Source of the DNA: an uncultured Methanosarcinales archaeon
GTDB lineage: Archaea > Halobacteriota > Methanosarcinia > Methanotrichales > Methanotrichaceae
Direction of reading: 5' to 3'
DNA length: 64,000 nt
Assembly (NCBI GenBank): GCA_963843555.1
Contig: CAWJKV010000005.1
Coordinates: forward strand, 160,001-224,000
The stretch's first letter is position 1. Each line of letters opens with the position of its first letter. Of the stretch, positions 63,637 to 64,000 are shown piece after piece. The notes under the pieces were generated by a model. That model was not told the origin of the DNA. It worked only from the letters and a program-made list of their open reading frames with translations, and ran no database searches. The translations under genes were made by a program, and so were the position numbers.

Positions 63637-63978
63637 TCACTTGCTCCGTAGGTCCTGCAGGGTCTTTTTCACTATATCCGCGTGCCCTTCCACCCTGACC
63701 TTCCGCCAGACGCGGGCAATCCGCCTTTGGGGATCAATGAGGAAGATGGATCTCACCACGCCATAGCTCTCTTTGCCGTACATCTTCTTCAGGGCCCAGG
63801 CACCGTAAGCTTCTGTGACCTTATGGTCCTGGTCGCTGAGCAGCACCACCTGCAGGCTGTGCTTTTCGGCAAACTTCCTGTGGCTGGCTGGCGAATCGCG
63901 GCTGATTCCCACCACTTCTGCTCCCAATTCATGCAGCTCTGACAGGGCGGCGGTGAAGTCCACGGCTTCGCGAGTGGC
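63637..63978 (-). pseudogene. bcp: Peroxiredoxin BCP, 5' part disrupted or frameshifted at the window edge
   Basis: TREAVDF..VVGISRD....H.KF..LLSD..YG.W..K.MYGK..R..FLID; in-frame TGA at 63991-63993 and no Cys directly before TREA. Confidence 0.7.
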
Positions 63979-64000
63979 TGCAAGATGACATCATGTGCCC

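Noticed and set aside
1..64000. Pyrrolysine or selenocysteine read-through
   Set aside because: The split genes examined rejoin by frame changes, not by in-frame TAG/TGA; no pyl or sel genes recognised.

Overview
Chromosomal window from a methanogenic euryarchaeon, probably a Methanothrix (Methanosaeta)-like organism; the taxon is inferred from gene content and was not searched. Core content: a complete mtrEDCBAFGH operon next to carS, three tRNAs (Gly-TCC with a 26-nt BHB intron, Val-TAC, Glu-CTC), a hybrid PAS/GAF histidine kinase, a GbsR/MarR regulator divergent from an RND-S-layer pair, aglB, udg, an IDH/IPMDH-family dehydrogenase, rio2, DUF460, a trpD-F-E-G-C cluster, aSelBL, FBPase/IMPase plus NAD kinase, nth and an ABC exporter. 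An AT-richer accessory stretch (~20.3-32.4 kb) holds exported proteins, an IS200/IS605 remnant and gene relics. Least-explained signals: (1) three small helical paralogues (8726, 9381, 52184), one fused to an RHH-like N-terminus, which may be orphan CRISPR small-subunit (Cas11-like) proteins although no cas operon or array is in the window; (2) a tandem array of ~380-bp GC-rich, palindrome-dense units enclosing a hicAB module directly downstream of trpC; (3) a nested multi-stem candidate RNA at ~30969-31106; (4) unannotated micro-proteins around a palindrome-rich divergent promoter. Many single-base frameshifts in otherwise conserved genes probably reflect assembly error. All family calls come from motif recognition by eye; no database was searched.
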